Origin: Catajapyx aquilonaris
Taxonomy: Eukaryota
Length of the DNA: 55,185 nt
Reading direction: 5' to 3'
Assembly: GCA_000934665.2 (NCBI GenBank)
Contig: KZ538142.1
Coordinates: 62,001-117,185 of the forward strand
The notes beneath the pieces are model-generated. The model was not told the origin of the DNA, did not search any database, and was given only the letters and a program-made list of their open reading frames with translations. Shown here in pieces: positions 25,326 through 37,698 of the stretch. The position numbers and the translations under genes were made by a program. The first letter of the stretch is position 1. Every line of letters starts with the position of its first letter.

Positions 25326-26920
25326 TCAACCAATCATGAGTGTTGCTGCAGAGAGCCAATAAGCTCTTCTTCAGATGGTTCCAAATTCTGCACGGTATTT
25401 CTCGCAGAGCTCCACACCACCGCCCCTTTTGCCCGCGGCTGGGAGTCAAATGGGGTAATGAAAAATCAATACAAGTTGTACCGGAGCAGAGATGCAGGGA
25501 GGAGATGAGGGGGGGGGGGGACCTCTCTTCTCTTTAGCCTTCTCCTTTTCTTCTGCTTTTAGCTCCTTAGCAGTCGCCGCTCGAGCCCGCAACACTTGCA
25601 ACCCATTCCGGATGTCTCGATACGCCTTGTCCATAGCTAACTAGCAAAAGTCCACGATGTGTGCCAAACAACCTCACGTGCCACAAATTTTTTGTACTGA
25701 TATGACTCTTTGTAGACTTACAAGTTGGCAACCCGCAGCCTCTTCTCCGAGATGATCGAATAACACCGGAGAAAAATGAGGTGTCGCGTAACAGAGTTAG
25801 AGTTAACATAATAATATCCCCCCACAGTTTTCTGGAGGATGGAGGGGAAATAACGGGCCTGAAGCAATTGGCTTTGGAGAGACACCTGTAAATTAGGCGT
25901 TCAGGGAGATCAAGGGAGGGCTGCCGAACTTCCGGATATTACTGTGTTACTAGATAGTTAGATTACACGTTCAGAGCTGCAAACTATTGCAAAGTATGCG
26001 CGTCCTTCACGACACCGTAGCCTGGATGCCAATTTGCGCATATTTGCAAATTATTCACATGTGTGCAAAATGTGCGCAATTTTCTGCTGGATTTAGGCTT
26101 ATTGCGGGTGTACGAGACGAAATTGCTCTAGTTGATTTTGGCGATTTCAGCTTCATTTGGGAGATAACAGCTTGTAATGTCGGATGACCCACGATTATTC
26201 CTAAGGATTTGTGGCCTAACGTGCAGGATAATCCCTTTTCACCAGGCTACTAACAACCAATTATCTAAGTCCTGAAGCCAAAACAGACAAAACCAACTAG
26301 AACAATTTTGTCATAGAAATTCGCAACAAGCTCAGTGCGCCAGTGTGCATTAAAATCTCCCGACTTCATTTTCTTTTTCTCGTCTCCATTACCGTATCGT
26401 CATCTTAATTAGTTGACACAGCACGTTACATCTGCCCCCCTCCCCCTTCCTCCACCGACTATTCTTTTATTAGTTCTCATGCTGCGCACCATAAGCACTC
26501 AATGGAACCCAACCAACCGAAGAAAAGTTATTAGACCGCGGCTACGACCCCCTTCCGCATGATCCTTTCACGTGATTGGTTGAATCTCTAATACCTCCCC
26601 CCCCCCTACCCCACCCCCGCTCCCTTCAAAAAAAAAGAGGGGGGGGGGGGTAAAAATNCCCCCGCTCCCTTCAAAAAAAAGAGGGGGGGGGGGTAAAAAT
26701 TGGGGTGGATGGGAGCTAGAGGGAAGGGAGGGAGGTGGTGGGGGGAGAGAAGAAAAGTGATCGATCAGTTCCTGACATGAATCCCCATCAGCCTTAATCG
26801 CGAATCGGGTGTTTGGCTTCCTAACACATCTGCTGATGGTGGCTGCCTTTTGTCGTGACGCCTTTTCTTGGCTCACTTCAATATATTGCCAAGTTAACCG
26901 GGGTTTGGGGGGGGGGGGGN

Positions 26921-27110
26921 ACGGGGTAAGTGCATAAACTGGCCGCCATATTGGAATGAAAATGGCTGACATGCTCACCTCTTGTGGGGATGTGATGTGC
27001 AGCTACACAAAAGAGTGCCTGACGTGTTTTGGTGTCGTCAGCCATTTTCATTCCAATATGGCGGCCCCGTGTATGCACTTACCCCGTGTATGCACTTACC
27101 CCACTTCACC
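26921..27110. mobile_element. MITE of the GGTGAAGTGGGG-terminus family (left end lost at a poly-G/N join)
   Basis: cggggtaagtgcata on the left, two tandem tatgcacttacccc plus acttcacc on the right; perfect 30-bp inner inverted repeat 26941-26970 / 27037-27066. Confidence 0.8.
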
Positions 27111-28643
27111 TTAATAAAAGTAACTAATAAACAAAATATTTAAAAAAATGTCTAATGCACAATAAGCAAATATATAATATCAATAATAAAATATTTGATA
27201 CAAATGCTGTAACTAATACAGGAACCAAATAGCTGAAATATGGAGTAAGCTGAATTATATTGCAACAAAATTTACTAATCCAACTAAATATGTACTAAAC
27301 TCAGAAATAACTAACGCAAATAATAAAGGAACTAATGCGGATAACTATTGCCGATGCATGTAACTATTACAAATTTATAATGAATAACCAATGCGGACAA
27401 ATATTTTTAAACGAATATAAATGAATAGTAAATGAGATAATACTGTGGAAGTTATACACTATTATACAATGTACAGGCATCACGAGGCGCATGTTTCATT
27501 TCCTCGCATTTATTGAGGAAGCAGAGGCAACTAAGGCCATGATAGTGGCAGAAAATGGTATCTTACCCTGGAAGACCCACACTAGCTCGAAAAGAACTTC
27601 TCTGAACCCCGCCCACTTTCTCAACATCAGAAGTTGTTCCCTTATTAACTCTCAAACCGCTTATGATCCGGGGCTAGATGCGGAAACTCCTGGCCGTGAA
27701 GCAACATCATTGTTGCCACCTGCGCGCACATTAAATTTAAAAAGAAGAAGAAAAAAAAAAATCCGAGCCACAGAAAAAGAGAGTTGGGGGTTTTTTCCGG
27801 TCCGTTTTCTTCGCCAGCAAAAGGCCTTGGGGTGAGTACGAAGGAACGGTTAATCTAGTGGATGGCCCCCAGGAGGGCCGTCGTTTCCCTTATTAATTCA
27901 CAGCCAAGGTGGCGCTTTCAATCCCGGAAGATGAGAGCCAAGGTAGGGTTAAATAAATAATAAAAAAGGAGGAGGTTCAAAAATAAAATAAAATAAAATA
28001 ATAAAAAAGAAACCAGCTCACACGCAATTTCCGCAGGTAATAGAAACATCTCTGCTGGATAATAACGTGCGAAAATTTCGCGCCTGAATCATTTACAAGA
28101 TGGCGTCATTCGCAAAAAAAATTTGGCGCAGATTTAAACCTCCTCACTTTATTTGAACAGGAGCGACCCCATTGGCTGATACACGTGCGGCGGCGGTCAA
28201 TAAAGCACACAATCGACAAACGGAACTTTAAAAAAAAAAAGTGCAACTGGCACCATTCCCGCTTCTTTCTCGCAAAAAAAAGTGTGCAAAATTTTTTCCA
28301 GCGATCAACGCATAGATACGGGCTAAGCACCGTTCCATTACCCGACTTTTTTGTGCTGCAAATATTCCACACATTGGTTGCCGAGGATTTATGTCGTGGG
28401 AGATTTACACGTTGGACTAACCGCTGGGCCTCGCACCTTTCCCGGGACACTACTTTGGGGACAGGGGGGCGAAGGGGGGGGGGNGGGGGGTCATTTTATG
28501 GATTACCGTGGCCCCGGTATCTAACGCCAATTTTTTAGTCAGCAACGAACGATGAGAGACTAAAAGCGTGTCCGTTTTCATGCAAAATGTACACGGAAAG
28601 CACAGACCATTTGTCCCATTGGGCATTTGAAAATGCGATATTC

Positions 28644-28772
28644 GTCCTGGGTGAGTCATCAGCTAGGTGCATGTAGTTCTGCCACTACTTCTCCACGACT
28701 CTGAGTGACAGCAGTGTGTACGAAAGGGAGGACGCGCCATGTCTGTGAAGCGTATGGTACTACGTCGACAGT
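28644..28772 (+). mobile_element. Family X copy
   Basis: gtcctgggtgagtcatcagctaggtgcatgtagt...gcgccatgtctgtgaagcgtatggtactacgtcgacagt. Confidence 0.7.
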
Positions 28773-29438
28773 TGTGGACGCTGCATATGATTTTTTTTAA
28801 CGAACGTAACCGAGTGAGCACCACAGTTGGTGCATCCTTCACGGTTGGAATTATCAATGATATAGCTTGTATGCTCTGTATATCGGGTGTACTGCGCTGC
28901 ACTTATTTCCAAAGCTACGCTTGGCGGCTTCGGGGAAAACAAAATGGCCGACGTTTGCGACGTTGCAAAGGCTCTGGAACGAACCTAAGAGGCTGCGAGT
29001 GTGAATTATTTTTTAGCCCCTGGGGAGTAACTCTGCTGGCTACACTGTTGTCAGAACAAGGGAGCTGGGCGAGTATGGGTGCGCACTCGGCTGCGCTAGT
29101 AAAAATCAGCTGTAGCAGCTAAAATAGATTGTTATTATTCTCCTCTTCTTCCAAACGCAGCCACTCGATCATGTAGGCTACTGCGACCATCAAAGAACCG
29201 GTATTCCGTCATTTTTTGACGCCGTGATATCGGGAATTCCCCGTGAAAACAAATTACCCCTCCACAAGCAAATATTTAGCTTCATCAAACCCCCCTCAGA
29301 ATTGCAACACCCCATGTTTTTCCTTCGCAAAAAAATCGCCACCTCTTCACTCCCTTCCTGGTTGCAACATTATTTAAAAGCACGCACCGCAACTGCAATT
29401 CCCTATACTTACTCCTCTGAATACTTGCGATTCAAGTA

Positions 29439-29718
29439 GAGTAGACCCCGCTTATCCGGCTCCTCGGTTTATCCGGCAATAAATCTACGTTTTCTTGTGA
29501 AATATTGTAATGTTCTACGCATTTGTTTGTTTTGCCTTAGTTAAATTACTGTAAACACAGGGTGTGTGTAAGAGAAAAAAATACTTCACTATTTCTTGTA
29601 CGACCATAATTTCGTGTTTTTACGTTTTTTGTTGTGTTTTATTAAAGTCGTTTTACTCCTCGGGTTATCCGACGATGCCCTATAGTCCCGTGAGTGACGG
29701 ATAATCGGGGTTATACTG
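29439..29718 (-). mobile_element. pogo/Tigger-like MITE, copy 2
   Basis: TA-GAGTAGACCCCGCTTATCCG ... CGGATAATCGGGGTTATACTG-TA; interior is the reverse complement of 2081-2478 without the hairpin insert. Confidence 0.85.
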
Positions 29719-30397
29719 TATGTACATATGATAAAGCACCAACCCCTCTGACAACACCGTCCAATTGGAAAATTCAGGCTTGGAATTAGCGCACTGAGTG
29801 TGCTTCCGACCTAACAAACTAGAAAATTTCTAGAGCGTGACATCTTTAATTTTTGCCGCTGCAAGGTGGGGGGGTTGACAAAAACTCTCTTTTTTTGCGA
29901 AAGGGAGTGCGCACACACAATTTTGCAAAGTATGAAAATTATCCGCGTGAATATCCGCTGGGGGGAAAATTGAATAATCGAGAAGACGTGCAAGCCACTA
30001 AATGGTTTCGAGTGTTGCACCATGCAGAAGCGCCACCGCTTTTATACCAGCAATGGAAGGAGGAGGGAGGGAGGGGCAGGGAGGGGGAAGGGGGAAAATT
30101 ACCATCTCCGGGAAATTCGGGAAAATTTTCTAATCCCATCAGTATTCAACTAGCCCGTGCCGCAGGGATATCCAACTAGCAGATCGAGATTAAAAGTTGC
30201 TTCGGTGGGGCTTACACAGGACTAGTACGGGGACCAGGGCGGACTGACTGAATTTCCTACCCATGCATGTTGCCAATTGGGACGATGACCTTCTGTGCAG
30301 GTCAGGCCAACACAGAGAAGACGGGTCAACATTGCACAATTTAATATTAGCAGGCAAAAACTTGTAAATGTGGCCCATAGGACATATCTATTGGATT

Positions 30398-30512
30398 GGG
30401 TCTGCTGTGCTTGTTTGTCCGGGGTGAGTCATCAACTAAGATGTAGTGCCACTACCCCTTGCCAGACCATGATAGTGGCGCCATATATGTGAGGTGCACC
30501 ACATGGTACTAC
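30398..30512 (+). mobile_element. Family X copy
   Basis: tgtttgtccggggtgagtcatca...atgtagtgccactac...ggcgccatatatgtgagg...atggtactac. Confidence 0.7.
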
Positions 30513-31952
30513 TTTTCTCAACAGAAAGTCCTTCACGTTATATAGCCTCGATTCGGATCTAAACTGACATAGCAGCACACGTTTGAGTGGTCCTTTTGGC
30601 CTGACGGCCAGATGAAAAAAAACTTCGCATGTTAAATGTACACGCCTAATTTTGCGGAGTTCAAAATAGAGCTTGAAGCCCGACCTCTAATAACTTTCAT
30701 AACGATACCAATTCAATGATGATAAAACTAATTGCAAGAGCGGCCCATAATTAAGGCCTAAAATCTTGGGGATGTTACAGTAGGTAGGGTGGAAGGGTGG
30801 GTGGGGGCTAATCACGGGCCGGGGTTATTGGCTCTTCTAATATGACAGCGTTTCATAAACGACTGGCGAGCTCAAATTATGGATTGCAGTTGGGAAACTA
30901 CACCTGCTCATGTTAACTCGCACATTATAGCTGCGCATCCTCATTTGCCACGCTTGCCTGCCAAATTATTCATGCGCACAGCTCTCTGTTTATCCAAAGG
31001 AAACACAAATACATTATTGGACGTGTTGACGTATTCACTTCATATGCATGTGTCACCTAATCGATGCCGTTCCGAACCGACTGCTGCTGTTGGACCCCCC
31101 CACACGTCCTACGCTCGTTTCGTTCCATTTGTTGCCAAAATTTATTCCGCCATGTTGGGTCAGACACTGAAAAAAAATGTAGCACTGAACTAGTGCAATG
31201 TGCGATAAGATTCGGTCCAAGTTCCAGCTGAGCGAAATAATATTTCATAAAGTTGTTCCCAATAATTTTAGATTAAAAAGTGACTGCTAAGTTCCCCACG
31301 TACAAATGTGTCTGACAATGGACGCAATTTTGTTCACACTTCACAACTAGCGTTACAGATAATGTAAAACAGCAAAAGCAGTTAGTACTGCTAATGATAA
31401 ATGACGCTTATGACGAACGCTTAATTGGCCTGTTTTTAGAATCGCTTGAAAGTTGAACATTTTTCCAGGCAATATTTAAAACAGAAATTCTGGCAATATC
31501 AGACTGAAAAGCTGCATATTTGCGGTTTTAAAAACCCTGCAAGTGGCAAGCTAGCAGTACTCTTTATTATTTCGAAGACGACATATTCATAAAAATGAAA
31601 CAGCAAAAGTTGTTTAGTTAGGTGACAAATGGCTACACTCTCCCCCTTTTGTTCCAAGAGCTAGTGGTAACAACCCTACTTTTTATAGGTCTAGTTCCCT
31701 CTTCCCATTGCTTCTAATCTTCATTAATCCCGTCCCCCTCACCTCTTGTTCCATTTGCCACCAACGCCTTCCGACACTTTTCCTCAATCTTCTTTCTTCC
31801 CTTTTCTCCCCTCAATTTTCTTTAATCCTGTTTCCAAAAACTTAAAAGATTCCCAACCGCCTAAAACCCTATCAATTTTAACACTCTCGACAATTTATTC
31901 GCCTTTTAACTCACCAAACACCTGACGTATGCTACGAGACAGCAGGATGTGT

Positions 31953-31988
31953 ACTCACCTACAAAGAAGAAATAAATGTCATTAGTAC
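31953..31988 (-). promoter_or_regulatory. Candidate recursive splice site (ratchet point) RS-1; junction 31959|31958
   Basis: Minus strand reads gTACTAATgacatttatttcttctttgTAG|GTGAGT (branch A at -24); a second donor TG|GTGAGT follows 44 nt downstream (31914-31909). Confidence 0.75.
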
Positions 31989-33496
31989 AAGCATCATTAG
32001 AGTTTTCATTAGAGGTATATGAACACATACGTAGATGTGAATGGGTTTCAGTCAAAAAAAAAGTTTGGTCTCGAGGTCCCAAAAACTTGTTAAAGTTTCA
32101 AGGTCCTTGCATGGCTGCTTGGGACAGCCTGGTAGGTCAAAGAGGATTTTTTTTTAAATCCGTAAAATGAGGCTCGCCGTGTATGAACCTTCCCTCTTCC
32201 AAAAGGGGGAGAACTCTTTGAAGGCAAAACCAGAGCAGCCCCATTTAATTCTTACCTGGTAGGAAAGGCAGCCAAGCGCTCTCTAAACCCTCCTCAGACT
32301 GAGCTAACTGAAGAGTCTGCCAACACTCAAAGCGACTCATTCCACTCGATTGGACACAAGATGAGAAGATTTATTTTCCCGCCCTGCTGCCTTTCTTCCT
32401 TGCCTGTACTTTTAAAGACACGGGTACAGGCAAAGTAAGATATACAAAAAAGAAGAAGCCAAGGGGAAGAAGAAGCTGGCCCCCTTAATATAGAATGCAA
32501 TTTTAATCCATGGAGGCGGAAACAAGGCGGGGAATAGCACAGGCCTGTTACCTGTCGCGTGGTACATGAGAGAAAGTGTCAAAGTAGCCTGCCCCCGGCC
32601 TCGAGGGGAAATGCGAGGAAAGGTGCAAAGCTGACGCCGACGCCGGTTCTTGCCACCGACGCCGCCGACGTCCCCTCTCTACCCTCCCACTGCAACACTG
32701 CGGTTGCAAAAATTCCAACTTAGCAACAAGATAAAAACGCTCGTGCGCCGCAATATTATTTTGGTTGAAAACTATAGCAGCTATACCAGTTAAAAATAAC
32801 GCTTACTCGACCTGTGCTGGCCTCAGCTGTAATCTTAATAATTATGCACGTGTTGCAGCCCCTGGGTTCGCCCCTGGGCAATCAAGGGTAGGTTGTCCCA
32901 TGGGTTCATTATGGAGGGTCTCTAAGAGCGGATTAATGTAAGCTTAATTAGTGTCCAGCAGGAGAAATCAAGCAGCTTATAACTTGCATTATGTTAAACA
33001 GCAACGTGCATTGCCATTAGTTTACTTAATCACATCAAATTAGTGCCAGCCTCGTGTTTAATTTTCGGATAAAATATAATCATTCGGAACTTATTGTTGT
33101 TGTTTTTCGTCTCTTCCGCAAGCCCATTTTGTGGAGGAACCGTCTCCTATCGGCCCTGGAAGTCGTCTCACACCCATTGTTGGCTAACCGTCAAAAGCCG
33201 GGCCTCTCTCTCTCTCTCTCTCTCTCTTTGAGAAGAGGAAGGGGATCGGAGCAAAGTCCTGGGGAACGCGTTTTGCAAAAGCATGGCAACGCCGCCTGCT
33301 GGAGAGAGAAGCGCATCACCTCTGCTCTGTGAGGTTGGACGATCAATGGGGCCGGCCCGGGTCCACTGCGGCCTCCCCCAAAACTCTCTCATCTGGCAAG
33401 TGTAAGGTGCACTGCGGCTGCTGCACCGCCTCACCACCTCTCAGGGGAGGGTGGTTTCTTACTAACGAAACATCCGGTAGCGCCGCCTCAAAAACA

Positions 33497-33561
33497 ACAG
33501 TCCATGCAGTACCATATACCCTCGCATAGATGACGCATTGGACAAACAGAGGCACAGACTC
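33497..33561 (-). mobile_element. Family X, minimal 65-bp copy
   Basis: acagtccatgcagtaccatataccctcgcatagatgacgcattggacaaacagaggcacagactc. Confidence 0.75.
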
Positions 33562-33942
33562 GCTCCAAAATTCCATGGCTGGTGCAGTCCCAGCATCCTA
33601 CAGGACACAGCACAGATGCAGATGGGCACTGGACCACTATCGGACCAGCATCCGTCTCTGCGGCCGGAAATGGACCTGGGAGAAAGCGGATTTCCCCTCC
33701 TCCCCCCACCCCCAAAAAGAGAGGGAGGGAGGACCATCCCTTCTGGGGGCCCTCTCTCTCTCTATTCATTATGATAAATGAAGCGGAGTTTGTAGGCTGT
33801 GGCCGTTTTGTAGGGGTCAAGCTTCGACCTGGACCCCTCGTTTCCCTTCCAACCCTTTTGTCTAAATGCCACCACTTAACCGCATTGTTTTATGAAATGG
33901 GTATTAAACAGGTACAAAATATACAAACAAACCTTGTTAGAA

Positions 33943-34320
33943 TTTTCCTCATCGGCAAAAAAGAGTGTCTGTCTGTCTGTGGAGAGGCATCAGGGCCTAA
34001 ACCGCAAGATATAACGACAAAAAGTTTTCGGATTCGGATTCAGCGTGACCAAAATAGGTTTCATGGTCAACTTCCGGTGATCCACCCCTTCCGGTTTTCC
34101 GGGTTCACTCTATCCGCCATGGTTAATTTGCATGCAGATCACCTGTTAAATTGCGATCTTTGGCAACGGGAAATAAAACTGACAACAATCAATGCCGTTG
34201 TAGTCATATTATAATCGCATCGTGTCGTATCGTATAGGGTTTGTTAGCCTCATTTCCCACTGCCCAATGGGAAAAAGTCTACTCGAATCACGCTTGCGTC
34301 ATTTGCCAGTCTTGTCTTTT
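33943..34320 (+). mobile_element. HINE / DINE-1-like element, copy 2
   Basis: TTTTCCTCA 5' repeat, (GTCT)3, core shared with 6156-6620 (e.g. gtgaccaaaataggtttcatgg, ccgggttcactctatcc), TGGGAAAA, hairpin aatcacgcttgcgtcatt, T-rich end. Confidence 0.75.
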
Positions 34321-36739
34321 ATACTAACAGAGAAAAGACCTTATAAGATATGAGGTGCCTATTCTACTGCAGATATTATTTCAGCTATTTACAGTACATC
34401 GTGACTGTTGGTGTGCTCTTCGGCTGGTAGGGCCTGGAGGGAATTTGGGTTTAAGTTAGGTTTGTGGTTTAGCCTCATTAGAGCATGGTACATATTTACA
34501 ATTATAATTAATTCGGTCCCCCCTCCCCCATCCCTATCAATATGTATGGCACTGCAGGAGGGGTAATGCAATAGCCAAGTGCTGCACATACCTTTTGAAT
34601 GGCAATCAATCCGCCTCGTTTAAAACACTTTTTTTTATCAATACAACAATTTATTTTGTTCGACATAAAAATGGGGACCACGTGGTCTTTTCCATTCAAA
34701 AGAGTGCATGACCAAGAAAAAAAAAAACATGGCAAAAAAGTATTGAGCGAACATGCAGAAAGTGCTTCGCGTGTTTGGATTTTCTACTCGGGGGCCTTCC
34801 GCCTTGACTCTTTTTAGCAACACAAGTACCCACTTGGCAAAATACCATTTTAAAGGGAAAAGGGGAAAATTTTCTTTTTGACGTACGGGCCGGAAATGAG
34901 GCGAAATTGGTGCTGCCACAGTCTGGGGGGGATTTTCCACCCCTCGCGGAGTTTTCTCCTTACGAATTTTGTATAAGGACTGGACAATCGAACAAACATG
35001 GTTGTAAGGGGGGAAAAAATAGGTTCGTTAAGGCATCTTTTAAGGTGCGGTAAACAAGAGTTAATGCCATGGAAAGAGCCGCCCTTTTGACCTAAACGCA
35101 GGGTTACGGCCAAAATATTGAGTTGGAAATGAGAAGAAAAGGGAAAAGTTTTGGGGCAAATCGACAATACGACGCTGACTACTAAAAAGGGGTCTTTGCG
35201 CTAAGGAAGACTTAAATTAAACCAAATTAACAGTACTTACTACGGTATTTTTTATCCAATAAGAGTCAGGAACTGAGGCCCATAATGTAGCATAACCTAA
35301 CATTTCTTTATCAAAAGTGTGGCTTCTAATAAGAATACGTCTTGTAACTGTGCACTCAATTTAACAGGATTGTTAATCACATCCGCATCATTAAGATGCA
35401 ATGACCGACAATAAGGGAAAACGGAGTAACCCTATAAGTAATCACCCGGAAACAGGGCTCGAAATTATTAAAACCGAAAGAAATAAAAAATTTCAAGCTC
35501 TGATGGGGGGGGGGTCTTAATTGCTGGGGGGGGGGGGGGGCNGTAATTCATGAAGGAATTACACTTCCAAAACTCAACTGAAATTTATTCATTAAAGAGC
35601 TCTCTCTCGCTCTCTCCCCCCCCCTCTCTCTCGACACACCTCGACTGACTGCCCTTGGCCTCTCTCTCTCTCTTTCTCTCTCTCTCAAAACCCTCAACAA
35701 CATTTCCTCTCCCCTAAAAGTTATTAAGAACCCCAAAGACTTGTTTGAGTTGCTCATTACAGCTCAGTTGGCGCTAAATACCTGTAATTCACACTGGAAA
35801 ACCCGAAATGGCGGGAGGTCCTGCAAAATGAATTTAGCAGGCTGGAACCCAACTATTTGGAGAGGATTTTCGTGTCCCAGCAAATTTGAACAGAGCGAAA
35901 ACAACTGCATGCAAAAATAATTCCTAAGTAATTTATATAGTTGTTAATTCAAAATATTACATTTTCATACATTATAATATCGCATTTTATACACTATATT
36001 TAACTTGATATTTCATAATGTAACAGTGTGATGGCAACTCGCTGCTATTTTTAATCTTGCAATTATAACTGTTAGTTAAAAATAACTGCCGTTCTGTTGG
36101 CAGTGGATAGACAAATGCGGGCTTGTTCGGGGGTCTAAATGAGGCGAGAAGACTCCGGATTTAATGTTTATCCCCCCCTCCCCCTCTAACGTAACCCCGG
36201 GACTGGGGGACAAGTTTTCCGTTGGAAATGTTTTAACGATGACCTGAAAATGTAAATATTATACTTCCCCCCCTCCCCCACCTAACCCCCTTCCCGCACC
36301 CCAAGGCCCGTATTAAAATTCAACGCCTTATCTAATCGTTAATATTTGACTAATTCAACAGTCGTAACTTAAAGAAGTTCTCAATTTCATGTATATACGA
36401 TGCTTGCAGTCGTATCTCGTTTTCTCATTTACAATTTCATGAACCTTTCTCTCTCTCTCCTCTCTCCTCTCTTCTCTCTTTCTCTTCCTCCCACAGCGAC
36501 CTCGAGCTTCTCCGAGACGAGGCCCAGATGCTGCCAGACATTCCACCTACTCTTCTATATGTCACTTTTCCTAATTAAGCCTATCTCTGAGCGCGTTTCT
36601 AAACGCCACAGGAACCAGGACAGTTCCTTTTGCAATTTTATTTCTTGCTGTTCCTGTAGAATTTTAATGAATTGCAGCGGTGTATACTCGGCTGAGATTC
36701 GGGTTCTGTTGTGGGAGAAGTCAGGTCAATAGTGCAATT

Positions 36740-36900
36740 GATGTAATGGAAATCTCTTCTGGATCGCGTCGGTTTTCTCGGGATACTCCAGTTTCCTTCA
36801 GCAATCACAAACTATCAACAATGCAGCATAATATTGGATTCCCTTCTTTTTCAGTGCACATTAGACATTTTAACCTAATAATAAGTATCTTATTTTTTTA
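36740..36900 (+). mobile_element. Possible SINE remnant with a V/Meta-type conserved core
   Basis: ggttttctcgggatactccagtttcc (36771-36796) resembles, from memory, the GGTTTYCTCCGGGTRCTCCGGTTTCC core of V-SINE/MetaSINE families; no intact A/B boxes; boundaries approximate. Confidence 0.4.
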
Positions 36901-37637
36901 ATTCACCCCCGTAGTTACGACTATGCAGAACGTCTAATTAAATAGATGCAACACACCTTAGTGAGTGTGCACACTGATTTTCCCATGGCATATTCCCCTG
37001 ACTATTCCACCCCGAAATTCCTGTAATCCACCCCGGATTTTCCCTGCAATCCCCTCGGATTTCCCTGGATTTCTCCTCCAGTTCCTATCAAGTTCGAGCT
37101 CCGCTTGAACATCCCTGAATTTTCCAGTTTCAAAGTTCTTACGGCAGTACACTTGACTTTTTTTCGAAAAAATGTAAAAAAAACTCGAAAAACAAAAGGC
37201 AACTGTCTAACGACGACAGGTTAATTAGAACCTGATTGAAACATACCCACGGCTTGTATTCCTCCTTTTTCCAACCCCCAAGGGTATTTTTTTCTCTTCT
37301 TCTTCTTCTTCTTCGTCCCCCTCCTTCCCCCCCCCCTCCTCCTTCTCCCCGTCTCTCAATTCTCCGCAAGCAATATTAATCCATGAAAAGTTTTCCAATT
37401 TAATAGGCCGGGCTTCAAGCGAGATGTCATGAGCCTGCTTAATTAAAGCGCCTCACTTCTATAACCATGGCCTCCCCTCCCCCCCTCTTATGAATGGCTT
37501 CAGACGCGTTTCTGCTCTCTCCACGCCACTCATTTCTAGTCTTGGAGAGAGAAAAGCCAGCAAGGCTGGAGAAATAATATGGAAAATATAAGTCCTCGAC
37601 ATTTACTGTGGATAGATATCATATATAGAATTGGCTT

Positions 37638-37698
37638 CAGTCTGTGACTCTGTCCGGGGTGCGGTCATCTGTGTGAGGGACACTGTACTACGTGGTCA
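37638..37698 (+). mobile_element. Family X, short diverged copy
   Basis: agtctgtgactctgtccggggtgcggtcatctgtgtgagggacactgtactacgtgg. Confidence 0.6.

Noticed and set aside
26613..26700. Tandem ~42-bp duplication
   Set aside because: The copies are separated by a single N among homopolymers; likely a contig-overlap artefact.
28017..28042. Plus-strand aatttccgCAG|GTAATA ratchet-like site
   Set aside because: Short pyrimidine tract, weak branch point and donor, and opposite strand to the two strong sites; expected by chance.
30150..30179. Small hairpin followed by CTAG, like a Helitron 3' end
   Set aside because: Imperfect stem and no linked 5' end or second copy.
33582..34214. Longest ORF (210 aa)
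   Set aside because: Non-ATG start, no recognisable domain, and it runs through low-complexity DNA and the HINE-like element.
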